From positions 3,542 through 67,541 of the forward strand of contig CANGGG010000004.1 of assembly GCA_947453415.1 (NCBI GenBank): 64,000 nt of DNA, written 5' to 3'. Each line of letters begins with the position of its first letter. The first letter of the stretch is position 1. This stretch comes from Bacteroidota bacterium. GTDB taxonomy: Bacteria; Bacteroidota; Bacteroidia; UKL13-3. The notes below the pieces were generated by a model. That model was not told the DNA's origin. It saw only the letters and a program-made list of their open reading frames with translations, and did not search any database. Position numbers and translations under genes: made by a program. Positions 18,601 to 26,920 of this stretch are shown here, one piece after another.

Positions 18601-18749
18601 CAATAAGTACAGGAATTGGTTCAGAATCACAAAAGCCTTTAGCTGTAGTTATTATTGGTGGTTTAATCACAGCTACCATTTTAACATTATTGGTTTTCCC
18701 TATTATATTTTGGGTTTTTAACAGAACAAAACAGGAAATAATTGATTAA
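15648..18749 (+). CDS. CusA/CzcA-family heavy-metal efflux RND transporter
   Basis: 1033 aa with 12-TM AcrB architecture and typical HME-RND N-terminus and motifs (GAVDFGIIIDGAVVMVE). The TTG start is the only in-frame start after an upstream stop. Confidence 0.9.
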   Translation: MNKVIKNIIAFSLKNKPFTFFWVILLVISGIVAFKNMPIEAFPDVTNTQIIIVTEWNGRSAEEIERFVTTPIEIAMNSVQKKTSVRSITMFGLSVIKIIFDDDVEDFFARQQVNNQLRTISLPDGVEPDVQPPYGPTGEVFRYTLKSDKRDSRELLTIQNWVIDRQLRSVSGVADLVAFGGREKTYDVSVDPNRLAKYNITPLEVFQAINVSNLNVGGDVIEKNGQAYVVRGVGLLGSIKDIENIIIDDAGGNPVLVKNVAEVEESSLPRVGQVGLNANDDVVEGIVVMRKGENPKEVLERIKTKIDDLNNRVLPSDVKMETFYDRDNLMNYTTKTVMHNMLEGILFVTVIVFLFMADWRTTITVSIIIPLSLLFAFLCLKLKGMSANLLSLGAVDFGIIIDGAVVMVEGIFVTLDHIANKRGMAAFNKLSIGSVIKTTGTELGKAIFFSKLIIITALLPIFAFQKVEGKMFSPLAYTLGFALLGALLFTLTLVPVLCHIFLNKNVKEKHNPFVNFWNKIVENGFAWTFKHKRKTLIITLTLMGLTFFSASFLGTEFLPQLNEGALWVEAKFPMSQSLKETVNKTAILRKELQKFPEVNGVLSQVGRSNDGTDPSGFYYVQMQVNLKHKDDWNRKISMDDLVREMDDSLSKYQGIGYNYSQPIIDNVAESVAGINASNAVKIYGDDLEKLDEIADSVLKQIEHVEGIKDVGILRNVGQPEMSVVLDREKMAAYGVKAADAQAVLEMAFGGKTATQKYEGEKKFDIRVRYLQEYRKDENDISNLKVPTIQGVKIPLKEIATIHKITGPAFIYRDNTKRFIGVKFSVRDRDLGGTIAEAQKNVEKNIKLPAGYSIGWTGEFENQVRATKSLGQMVPISLIGIFFLLFILFGNIKDSLLVLTNVPFAIIGGIIALHVTGINFGISGGVGFIALFGICIQNGVILISEFHKNLKGKLNLETSIKEAVKVRTRPVVMTALMASIGLLPAAISTGIGSESQKPLAVVIIGGLITATILTLLVFPIIFWVFNRTKQEIID

Positions 18750-18861
18750 ATGAAATTTATTTGCCATTGTAATTGATATTATTTAAACCATAATATAGCT
18801 ATTGCAAATAAAAATTTACAGTAAATTTTTGTGTGTTACTTGTTTACTTCCAAAATAAATT

Positions 18862-18869
18862 TACTTTTG
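18862..18869 (+). promoter_or_regulatory. Candidate -7 box (TACTTTTG) for rpsO
   Basis: Exact TAnnTTTG, 29 nt upstream of ATG 18899. A cTTG lies about 20 nt upstream. Confidence 0.5.
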
Positions 18870-18898
18870 CAGCCTTAAATAATTAAAAAAAATAGATC

Positions 18899-19174
18899 AT
18901 GCATTTGACAACCGAGGCTAAAAAAGCCATTTTCGAAAAGTTCGGTACAGCCAAGTCTACTACAGACACTGGTTCTGCTGAAAGTCAGATTGCTCTTTTC
19001 ACTGAGAGGATCAATCACATTACTGGCCATTTAAAAATTAACAAAAAAGATTTTTCTGCAGAGTTAAGTCTTGTTAAGTTGGTAGGTAAAAGACGTTCAT
19101 TACTAAATTACTTGATGCGTAAAGACGTTTTCCGCTATAGAGCAATTATAAAAGAACTTGAAATCCGTAAATAA
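18899..19174 (+). CDS. rpsO: 30S ribosomal protein S15
   Basis: 91 aa. GSAESQIALFTERINHITGHLK..LVGKRRSLLNYL matches S15. Conserved rpsO-pnp synteny. Confidence 0.97.
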   Translation: MHLTTEAKKAIFEKFGTAKSTTDTGSAESQIALFTERINHITGHLKINKKDFSAELSLVKLVGKRRSLLNYLMRKDVFRYRAIIKELEIRK

Positions 19175-19236
19175 TATGAACGGATTGGTATGTTATTTTA
19201 TAAATAACTATAAAATAACAGCTAACTAAATTCACA

Positions 19237-19270
19237 AAAAGCAGGAACTAACAATTAGTTACTGCTTTTT
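19237..19270 (+). terminator. Hairpin plus T-run between rpsO and pnp (terminator/attenuator)
   Basis: aaaagcaggaactaa caa ttagttactgcttttt, one mismatch in the stem. The location corresponds to the rpsO-pnp regulatory hairpin known from E. coli. Confidence 0.65.
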
Positions 19271-19383
19271 GTGTTTTTAAACTTTATAAAAAAAACAACA
19301 AAAGAGGCTTTTGCTAATCCCATCTTAGCAAAGGAATTTATAACTAAACAAATAAAAAGAGATGGGGCTGAAAAAATAAAAAT

Positions 19384-21540
19384 ATGTCACAAGCAACAAT
19401 TAAAACATTTGAAATTGGTGGTAAAACCATCAGTATTGAAACAGGCCGTTTGGCTCGCCAAGCCGATGGTGCAGTAGTAGTAAAAATGGGTGATACCATG
19501 ATTATGGCAACTGTAGTATCTGCCAAAGAAGCAAAAGAAGATGTGGATTTTATGCCACTTACAGTTGATTATCAAGAAAAATTTGCGGCTGTAGGTCGTA
19601 TTCCTGGTAGTTTTCACCGCAGAGAAGCTCGTTTATCTGATTATGAAATATTAATTAGTAGAATTGTAGATAGAGCTTTACGCCCTTTATTCCCTAGCGA
19701 TTACCACGCAGATACGCAAGTAGCTTTAACTTTAATATCGAGCGATCAAAATATATTGCCAGATGCATTAGTAGGCTTAGCCGCATCAGCAGCAATTTTA
19801 GTAAGTGATGTACCATTTAACGGTCCAATTTCTGAAGTTCGTGTAGCTCGTATAGATGGAAAATTTATTGTAAATCCTTATAAAGACGAGTTAGATCGAG
19901 CTGACATGGATTTGATAGTAGCTGGTACTGAAAAAGATTTGAACATGGTGGAAGGCGAGTGCCAAGAGGTAAGCGAAATAGACATGTTAGAAGCTTTAAA
20001 AGTAGCTCATGAAGCTATTAAATTACAAATTAAAGCACAGTGGGAATTATGCGAAATGTTAGGGGGCAAAAAACCAGTTCGTACTTATAATCATGAACGT
20101 AGTAATCCGGAATTAGCAGCTGCTATTCGTGAGTTTTCTTACGATAAAATATTTGCTATTGCAAAATCAAAAGCAGGTAAAAACGAAAGAAGCGCTGGTT
20201 TTAAAGCAGTAAGAGAAGAGTTTAAAGCTTTACAAGAAGAAGGAACTGTTTTGGATAAATTTTTAACCAACAAATATTTTCATGATGTAGAATACGATGC
20301 AGTTCGTGCCATGATTATGAATGATAGACAACGTTTAGATGGTAGAAATTTAGATGAAATTAGACCAATTTGGTCAGAAGTAGGTTACTTACCTGCTGCT
20401 CATGGTTCGGCTTTATTTACCCGTGGCGAAACTCAATCGTTAACTTCGGTTACTTTAGGTTCAAAATTAGACGAACAATTATTAGATAGCCCAATGTTAG
20501 CTGGTTATTCAAAATTAATGTTACATTATAATTTCCCTTCATTTTCAACTGGAGAAACTAGACCAAATCGTGGTCCGGGAAGACGTGAAATTGGACATGG
20601 AAACTTGGCTTTACGTGGTTTAAAACGCGTGTTACCACCTTTAGAAGAATGTCCTTACACCATTAGAATTGTATCAGATATTTTAGAATCAAATGGTTCT
20701 TCAAGTATGGCTACAGTTTGTGCTGGTTCATTGGCTTTAATGGATGCTGGTATAAAAATTACTGGTGCCGTTAGCGGAATTGCAATGGGTTTAGTAAGTG
20801 ATGATGCTACAGGAAAATATGCAATTTTATCTGATATTTTAGGCGATGAAGATCATTTAGGTGATATGGATTTTAAAGTAATTGGTACCGCAAAAGGTAT
20901 TACTGCTTGCCAAATGGATATTAAAATAAATGGTTTACGTTGGGAAATGGTAGAAGAAGCTTTAAACCAAGCAAAAGCAGGCAGAGAACATATTAGAAAC
21001 GAAATGAGCAAAACCATTTCTGCTGCTGCTGATGATTTAAAACCCCACTCACCACGCATTGAAACTTTATTGATTGATAAAGAATTTATAGGTGCGGTAA
21101 TTGGACCTGGTGGAAAAATTATTCAAGGTATTCAAAAAGAAACTGGAGCTACAGTTTCTATTTCTGAAAATGAAAAGAATGGTGTCGTAGAAATAGCTTC
21201 TAGTAATGCAGATAGTTTGCGCAGAGCAATGCAAATGATTAAAGGCATAGTTGCCGTTCCAGTTGTTGGTGACGAGTACGAAGGAAAAGTAAAAAACATT
21301 ATGGACTTTGGTGCATTTGTTGAATTTTTACCTGGTAAAGATGGCCTATTACATATTAGTGAAATTAGCTGGAATCGCATTGATAAAATGGACGGTGTTT
21401 TAGAACAAGGTCAAACAATAAAAGTAAAACTAATAGAAGTGGATAAAAAAACAGGAAAATACAGATTAAGCCACAAGGCTTTATTACCAAAACCTGAACC
21501 CACTACTAAGCCAGAAGCCCCAAAAGAGCCAACGGCATAA
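19384..21540 (+). CDS. pnp: Polynucleotide phosphorylase
   Basis: 718 aa with two RNase PH domains, KH ([15 protein letters not shown]) and S1 ([27 protein letters not shown]). Confidence 0.97.
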   Translation: MSQATIKTFEIGGKTISIETGRLARQADGAVVVKMGDTMIMATVVSAKEAKEDVDFMPLTVDYQEKFAAVGRIPGSFHRREARLSDYEILISRIVDRALRPLFPSDYHADTQVALTLISSDQNILPDALVGLAASAAILVSDVPFNGPISEVRVARIDGKFIVNPYKDELDRADMDLIVAGTEKDLNMVEGECQEVSEIDMLEALKVAHEAIKLQIKAQWELCEMLGGKKPVRTYNHERSNPELAAAIREFSYDKIFAIAKSKAGKNERSAGFKAVREEFKALQEEGTVLDKFLTNKYFHDVEYDAVRAMIMNDRQRLDGRNLDEIRPIWSEVGYLPAAHGSALFTRGETQSLTSVTLGSKLDEQLLDSPMLAGYSKLMLHYNFPSFSTGETRPNRGPGRREIGHGNLALRGLKRVLPPLEECPYTIRIVSDILESNGSSSMATVCAGSLALMDAGIKITGAVSGIAMGLVSDDATGKYAILSDILGDEDHLGDMDFKVIGTAKGITACQMDIKINGLRWEMVEEALNQAKAGREHIRNEMSKTISAAADDLKPHSPRIETLLIDKEFIGAVIGPGGKIIQGIQKETGATVSISENEKNGVVEIASSNADSLRRAMQMIKGIVAVPVVGDEYEGKVKNIMDFGAFVEFLPGKDGLLHISEISWNRIDKMDGVLEQGQTIKVKLIEVDKKTGKYRLSHKALLPKPEPTTKPEAPKEPTA

Positions 21541-21552
21541 TTAATAACTAAC

Positions 21553-21583
21553 AAAAAAAGAGAACCTCGGTTCTCTTTTTTTA
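21553..21583. terminator. Bidirectional terminator between convergent pnp and the glycosyltransferase gene
   Basis: aaaaaaagagaacc tcgg ttctcttttttt, with an A-run and a T-run flanking the stem. Confidence 0.75.
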
Positions 21584-21602
21584 TGTTCTTTTTTTATAAA
21601 AA

Positions 21603-22472
21603 TTAAACTTTTTTATAATTTTTATAACCTATTTCCCATCCAAATAATTTAAAAGCTAATTGTTTTAGTTGATCTTTTATTTTGGTTTTATTGTGTTTCA
21701 AATCAAATTCAAACTGCCAGTTTTTATTGGCTATTCGCTGTAACATTACTTTGGGATGTGAACTTGTAAATTTCATTAAAGAATCTATTTGCGAGTAATC
21801 AAATTCTTCAGCTTTTAATACGTTTTTATCTATCCAATTGTCATCGTGCCAAAGTTTATTTAATTCCTCTTGCTTTCGTTGCATTGCCTTTGGATTCTTC
21901 ACCCATCCGTAATGATAGATGTATGCTTCTATAGGTTTTACGCTCAGTTTTTTATTGTTATTTTTCCTAAAACCTTGTGCATCTTTATAGGAATAAATGT
22001 TTTTATTGTTTTTTATAATTCTTATTTCATTGTTATACCAACCACTCGAGTTGCCTATATAATCGTAAGAACCATAAAAATGTAAGTATTTAAAAAGTAA
22101 ACCATCTACCTTTTTATTTGATTTAAAATGTAGCATGGCTTGATTAATTACTGGCAAATATTTTTCATGCACAGCTTCATCGCCCTGAATATAAAAACAC
22201 CAATCGTAATAGATTGGAATGGCTTGAAAAGCTTTATTGGTTTCTACAGCTAAAACCTGTCCACCTTGTTTTAAATTTTCGTCCCAAAGGGTTTTTAAAA
22301 TTTTAATTTTTTCGGGATTAATGGCTTTTATTAAAGCTTCAGTTTCATCGTCCGATTTGCCAAGAGCCACATAAACTTCATCACAAATTGGCAATATAGA
22401 ATTAATAGCTTCTACTATTGGATAATCGTAAATGATGGCATTTTTTATAATAGTAAAACCTGCTACTTTCAT
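21603..22472 (-). CDS. Glycosyltransferase family 2-like protein
   Basis: N-terminal MKVAGFTIIKNAIIYDYPIVEAINS..CDEVYVALGKSDD pattern as seen in Bacteroidota GT2-annotated proteins. Lies 2 nt downstream of the ABC exporter gene. Confidence 0.55.
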   Translation of the reverse strand: MKVAGFTIIKNAIIYDYPIVEAINSILPICDEVYVALGKSDDETEALIKAINPEKIKILKTLWDENLKQGGQVLAVETNKAFQAIPIYYDWCFYIQGDEAVHEKYLPVINQAMLHFKSNKKVDGLLFKYLHFYGSYDYIGNSSGWYNNEIRIIKNNKNIYSYKDAQGFRKNNNKKLSVKPIEAYIYHYGWVKNPKAMQRKQEELNKLWHDDNWIDKNVLKAEEFDYSQIDSLMKFTSSHPKVMLQRIANKNWQFEFDLKHNKTKIKDQLKQLAFKLFGWEIGYKNYKKV

Positions 22473-22474
22473 AT

Positions 22475-24319
22475 TTAATCAGGTATTTGTTGCATTTGAA
22501 TGAGCTGTTTGTAAGTGCCATCTTGCTGAATCAAATCGTTGTGAGTTCCTTGCTGTACTATTCTTCCTTTTTCAAGTACTACAATCAAGTCGGCATTAAT
22601 AATTGTACTTAATCTGTGTGCTACAATTATAGTTGTTCTGTTCAGCATAATATTGTTCAAAGCTTCTTGTACCAAGCGTTCGCTTGCGGTGTCTAATGCC
22701 GAAGTGGCTTCATCTAATATCAAAATATCAGGATTGGTATTTACTGCTCTTGCAATGCTTAATCGTTGTTTTTGGCCACCACTTAATTTGTTTCCTCTAT
22801 CGCCAATATTGGTTTCATAACCATTTTCGTTTTCTATAATAAAACTATGTGCATTAGCAATTTTAGCGGCTTCTTCTATTTGAGTTTTACTAATATTTTG
22901 CTTTGCAAAACTTATATTATTTGCAATGGTGTCATTAAATAAAATACTTTCTTGGGTAACAATTCCCATTAACCCACGAAGCTCTAAAATTTTATAATCT
23001 CTTATATCAACTCCATCTATTAAAATTTGCCCTTCAGTAGGATCATAAAAACGAGGAATCAAATCGGTTAAAGTTGATTTTCCACTTCCCGAGGGTCCAA
23101 CCAATGCAACAGTTTGCCCTTTTTTAATAGTTAAATTTAAATGTTTGATTACATGCTCCTCATCGTATTTAAAACTTACGTTTTTAAATTCAATTGTTTC
23201 TTGAAATTTTAGAATTGAATGAGCATTTGGTTTTTCAGTAATTACCTCTTGGCTATCAATAATTTCATTTACCCTGTCGATGGAAGCCAAACCCTTGTTC
23301 ATAGAATTATAGGCAGAACTGAAAGCTTTGGCAGGCGACATTAATTGAGAAAACACGGTTAAATAACCAATAAAAACTGAAGCTGTCATTCCATATTCAT
23401 TTGATAAAACCATTTTCCCACCAATCCATAAAATGGTAGCAAAAACAGCTATGCTAATGGTTTCACTAATTGGCGATGAACCATCGCTAGTTCTATTAGC
23501 TTTTATATTTAAATCGGTAAAAAGTTTATTTTGAACCATAAACCGTTTCAATAAAAAATCTTGCGCATTAAATGCTTTAATTACTCGAACACCCATTAAT
23601 GTTTCCTCAATTAAAGCCACTATGTCGCCTAACTTTGATTGACTTCTTGCCGATTGTTTTTTTAATAATCTTCCAATCAATGCTGCAAATAAAGCACTTA
23701 CTGGAAGTGCACTAAAAACGATTAATGTTAGCATTGGATTTACCCAAATAAGCATGATTAATGAAATGATAATGGTAATTGGTTCTTTGGTAAATGCTTC
23801 CAACGAACTCATAATAGCCACTTCTATTTGATGCAAATCGCTGGTCATTCGGCTTAATAAATCGCCTTTTTTTTCTTTACTAAAATAGGAAAGTGGTAAA
23901 ACTAATATTCTTTTATATGCAGCAATTCTATAATCACTAACTATAAAATTGCGAAGAGGAACCATATAAAACAAAGCCAAATAACGAAAAACATTTTTTA
24001 GCGCAATCATAATAACTACAAAGCCGCAAATGAATAAAAGCACAGATTCGGCTCCATAAACTTCTTTGTAATAGCCCATATTACCCTTTGCCCAGTCAAA
24101 AATATCATTAAAATCTAAACTAAAATTAAAACTACTTGGTGATAGCAAAGCTTTATTGCTTTCATTTTTACTAGTACTAAAAAGCACTTCGAGTAATGGA
24201 ATTACCAGTGCAATAGAAAACAGTCCAAAAATGCTTGAAAGCACATTGCAAACAATATTCATTAATGCATAGTATTTATATTTAAAAGTAAATTTTATAA
24301 ATGTGAAGTAGCCTTTCAT
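22475..24319 (-). CDS. ABC transporter permease/ATPase fusion (MsbA-like exporter)
   Basis: Six-TM domain plus Walker A GPSGSGKST, signature LSGGQKQRLSIARA and Walker B ILILDEATSALD. Start moved to ATG 24319 (MKGYFTFIKF). Confidence 0.85.
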   Translation of the reverse strand: MKGYFTFIKFTFKYKYYALMNIVCNVLSSIFGLFSIALVIPLLEVLFSTSKNESNKALLSPSSFNFSLDFNDIFDWAKGNMGYYKEVYGAESVLLFICGFVVIMIALKNVFRYLALFYMVPLRNFIVSDYRIAAYKRILVLPLSYFSKEKKGDLLSRMTSDLHQIEVAIMSSLEAFTKEPITIIISLIMLIWVNPMLTLIVFSALPVSALFAALIGRLLKKQSARSQSKLGDIVALIEETLMGVRVIKAFNAQDFLLKRFMVQNKLFTDLNIKANRTSDGSSPISETISIAVFATILWIGGKMVLSNEYGMTASVFIGYLTVFSQLMSPAKAFSSAYNSMNKGLASIDRVNEIIDSQEVITEKPNAHSILKFQETIEFKNVSFKYDEEHVIKHLNLTIKKGQTVALVGPSGSGKSTLTDLIPRFYDPTEGQILIDGVDIRDYKILELRGLMGIVTQESILFNDTIANNISFAKQNISKTQIEEAAKIANAHSFIIENENGYETNIGDRGNKLSGGQKQRLSIARAVNTNPDILILDEATSALDTASERLVQEALNNIMLNRTTIIVAHRLSTIINADLIVVLEKGRIVQQGTHNDLIQQDGTYKQLIQMQQIPD

Positions 24320-24436
24320 TATATATTTAAAGTAGGCAAATATGCTATTTTTTAGCCTATAAACCCAAAAAAATATTTTAAAAAAAAAGAGCCATTCAAT
24401 GTATGTTGAATGACTCATTTTTTAAGTTATAAATGC

Positions 24437-25264
24437 TTATTTATTTAAAACCAATAAAGGAATTTTAGTATGATAAGCCATTTTTTTACTTAAACTTCTG
24501 TGGAATAATCTATCGAAAAAATTACGGTTATGTTTGGCCATTACAATCATGTTTGAATGATTATTAGTAATAAAAGTATTGATACTTTCAATAATACTTT
24601 CACCTTTTGGAAGTTTAATTATTTGCCATTTTTTAAATTCATCTGCATCTTTGTTTCTACTAAAAAAATTATGTTCGGCATCAAAAAATTCATCATAATC
24701 AGATTTAATATGTAAAACACTTACATCTGCATCATATAAATTGGCAAAATAGGCTAAACGAGAAATTGCGGGAAATTCTGGTTCGTTATAATCTGTGGCA
24801 TAAACCATGTGAATTATTTCTTCGAAACGAGAAGTAGGTGGAATAATTAAAACAGGAATTGCCGAACTTGCTGCTACAGAAGCGGCATTACTACCAATCA
24901 ATATTTCTTGCATTCCACTTGCACCCGTAGTTCCCAAAACGATTAAATCTATATTTTTCTTCTCTGAAAAATTTTGAATTTCATCTTGAATAAATCCAAA
25001 TGCAGTATGAGTTTCAAACGCTAACTCAGCATTTTTTAAATATTTTATTGTTAAATCTTCAAAGCTTTTCTTAGTAAATTCTTCCACTTCCATTAAATAT
25101 GATTGATACACATTATTTGGAAATGAATTATCCATGATTGGAATGTTTTTTACATATAAAACATGAATTGACGCATGGGTTTTTTTTGCTAATTGAATGG
25201 CGTATTGCAAAGCATTATTTGCAACTTCAGAAAAGTCGGTTGGAATTAAAATTTTGGTTATCAT
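24437..25264 (-). CDS. Tandem-domain universal stress protein
   Basis: Two Usp halves: ILIPTDFSEVANNALQYA..DLIVLGTTGASG and a second half ending PLLVL. Confidence 0.85.
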   Translation of the reverse strand: MITKILIPTDFSEVANNALQYAIQLAKKTHASIHVLYVKNIPIMDNSFPNNVYQSYLMEVEEFTKKSFEDLTIKYLKNAELAFETHTAFGFIQDEIQNFSEKKNIDLIVLGTTGASGMQEILIGSNAASVAASSAIPVLIIPPTSRFEEIIHMVYATDYNEPEFPAISRLAYFANLYDADVSVLHIKSDYDEFFDAEHNFFSRNKDADEFKKWQIIKLPKGESIIESINTFITNNHSNMIVMAKHNRNFFDRLFHRSLSKKMAYHTKIPLLVLNK

Positions 25265-25450
25265 AATTTATATTTTTAGAAATTTTAGTACATTGAAAAT
25301 AAATGAATTATTAAAAGCAATTTATTTATTTTACTATTCAAATTTAGACATAATAAATAGGCTGATATAATCTTCATATCAACTAATATGATGAATTTTA
25401 TCAAAGATATTTAGTGTTTTATTAAATTAAAACAATTCCAATTGTTTCAA

Positions 25451-25458
25451 TAAATTTG
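25451..25458 (+). promoter_or_regulatory. Candidate -7 box (TAAATTTG) abutting the start codon
   Basis: Exact TAnnTTTG, ending 5 nt before ATG 25464. Confidence 0.4.
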
Positions 25459-25463
25459 CACCC

Positions 25464-26648
25464 ATGTTAACAAACCGACAATTATTTTTAGCTCATCAAG
25501 CGCAAACCACCAATTTTCCATTAATGCTAGAAGTAGCAAGTGCAGATGGTGTTTATCTTACGGCACCTGATGGAAAAAAGTTTTTGGATTTTATTTCGGG
25601 AATTTCAGTTAGTAGTTTAGGTCATGGAAACCAAGCGGTAAAAGATGCCATAAAAAATCAGGTAGATCAATACATGCATTTAATGGTGTATGGTGAATTT
25701 ATACAAGAACCAACCGCGCTTTTAGCAGCAAAAATAACAAGCTACTTGCCTTCAAATTTAGATTGTGTTTATTTTGTAAATTCAGGTGCGGAAGCTACTG
25801 ATGGCGCATTGAAATTAGCCAAACGTGTAACTAAAAAGTCTAAAATTATTGCCTGCAAAAATGCTTACCATGGCAGCACACATGCAGCATTAAGTTTAAA
25901 CAGTAATGAATATTATACGCAAGCATTTCGTCCATTATTGCCTAACATTCATTTTATTGAATTTAATAATATTGAATCGTTAAATATAATTAATGAAGAT
26001 ACTGCATGTGTAATCATTGAAACCATACAAGGTGAAGCAGGATATATAGTTCCAACATTTGAATTTTTAACTGCTTTACAAGCAAAATGCAATGAATTTT
26101 GCGCACTTTTAATATTTGATGAGATTCAAGCAGGCATTGGAAAAACAGGAAAAATGTTTGCTTTTGAACATTGGGGAATTATTCCAGATGTGTTATTGAT
26201 TGGAAAAGCATTAGGTGCCGGTATGCCAATTGGCGCTTTTGTTACTTCAAAAAAATTAATGCATGTTTTTACTGACAATCCAATTTTAGGACATATTACC
26301 ACTTTTGGTGGCCATGCAGTAATAGCGGCTGGTGCTTTAGCGGGTTTAAGTGAATTAGAAAGATTAGATTTGATCAGTAAAATTCCAGCAAAAGAGGCAT
26401 TAATAAGAGCGAAATTGGTACATCCTAAAGTAAAAGAAATTAGGGGAAAAGGCTTGATGCTGGCTGCACAATTATCTAATTTTGACGAAACCCTTAAACT
26501 TTGTCAACTTTGTTTGGACGATGGTTTAATAATTGATTGGTTTTTATATGCCGATAATTGTATTCGGATAGTTCCCCCATTTATTATTACAAATGAAGAA
26601 ATAGAAAAAGGAATTGATATCATTTTAAAAAATTTAGAAAAAATATAA
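25464..26648 (+). CDS. Class III (acetylornithine/GABA-type) PLP aminotransferase
   Basis: VNSGAEATDGALKLA, FDEIQAGIGKTGKMFAFEHWG, and IGKALGAGMPIGAF (PLP lysine). Confidence 0.9.
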   Translation: MLTNRQLFLAHQAQTTNFPLMLEVASADGVYLTAPDGKKFLDFISGISVSSLGHGNQAVKDAIKNQVDQYMHLMVYGEFIQEPTALLAAKITSYLPSNLDCVYFVNSGAEATDGALKLAKRVTKKSKIIACKNAYHGSTHAALSLNSNEYYTQAFRPLLPNIHFIEFNNIESLNIINEDTACVIIETIQGEAGYIVPTFEFLTALQAKCNEFCALLIFDEIQAGIGKTGKMFAFEHWGIIPDVLLIGKALGAGMPIGAFVTSKKLMHVFTDNPILGHITTFGGHAVIAAGALAGLSELERLDLISKIPAKEALIRAKLVHPKVKEIRGKGLMLAAQLSNFDETLKLCQLCLDDGLIIDWFLYADNCIRIVPPFIITNEEIEKGIDIILKNLEKI

Positions 26649-26920
26649 TTGATTGGTTTTTATCATGTTTTTATAAAAAAAACAAATTTTGACAAATGTC
26701 TAAAAATTAATCAAAAGCATTGACCATCATAATAAAATCAAGGAACTTGGTTTGTAATTTGATATATTTACTGTATTGATTATATTTAAAAAAGGTATTT
26801 TCAAGACATAATTTGAGATTTAAAAAACATAAATTTTAAATACTTTTTACAGAATACAATGTATTTCATTAAAAAAACCGATATTCGCCCACAATTTATA
26901 AAGAATTCGATACAATTTTA

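Noticed and set aside
15684-18679. Antisense ORFs inside the RND pump gene (15684..15995, 16640..16846, 17075..17473, 17767..18006, 18197..18430, 18482..18679). Similar ones lie inside FTCD, the MFS gene, pnp, acs, the TBDR and the 1450-aa gene
   Set aside because: All are embedded opposite long genes with strong family motifs. They are short and have no independent signals.
19271-19617. ORFs 19271..19477 (+), 19344..19526 (-) and 19387..19617 (-)
   Set aside because: They overlap the rpsO-pnp hairpin and the 5' end of pnp. The pnp frame is unambiguous, and these have no supporting signals.
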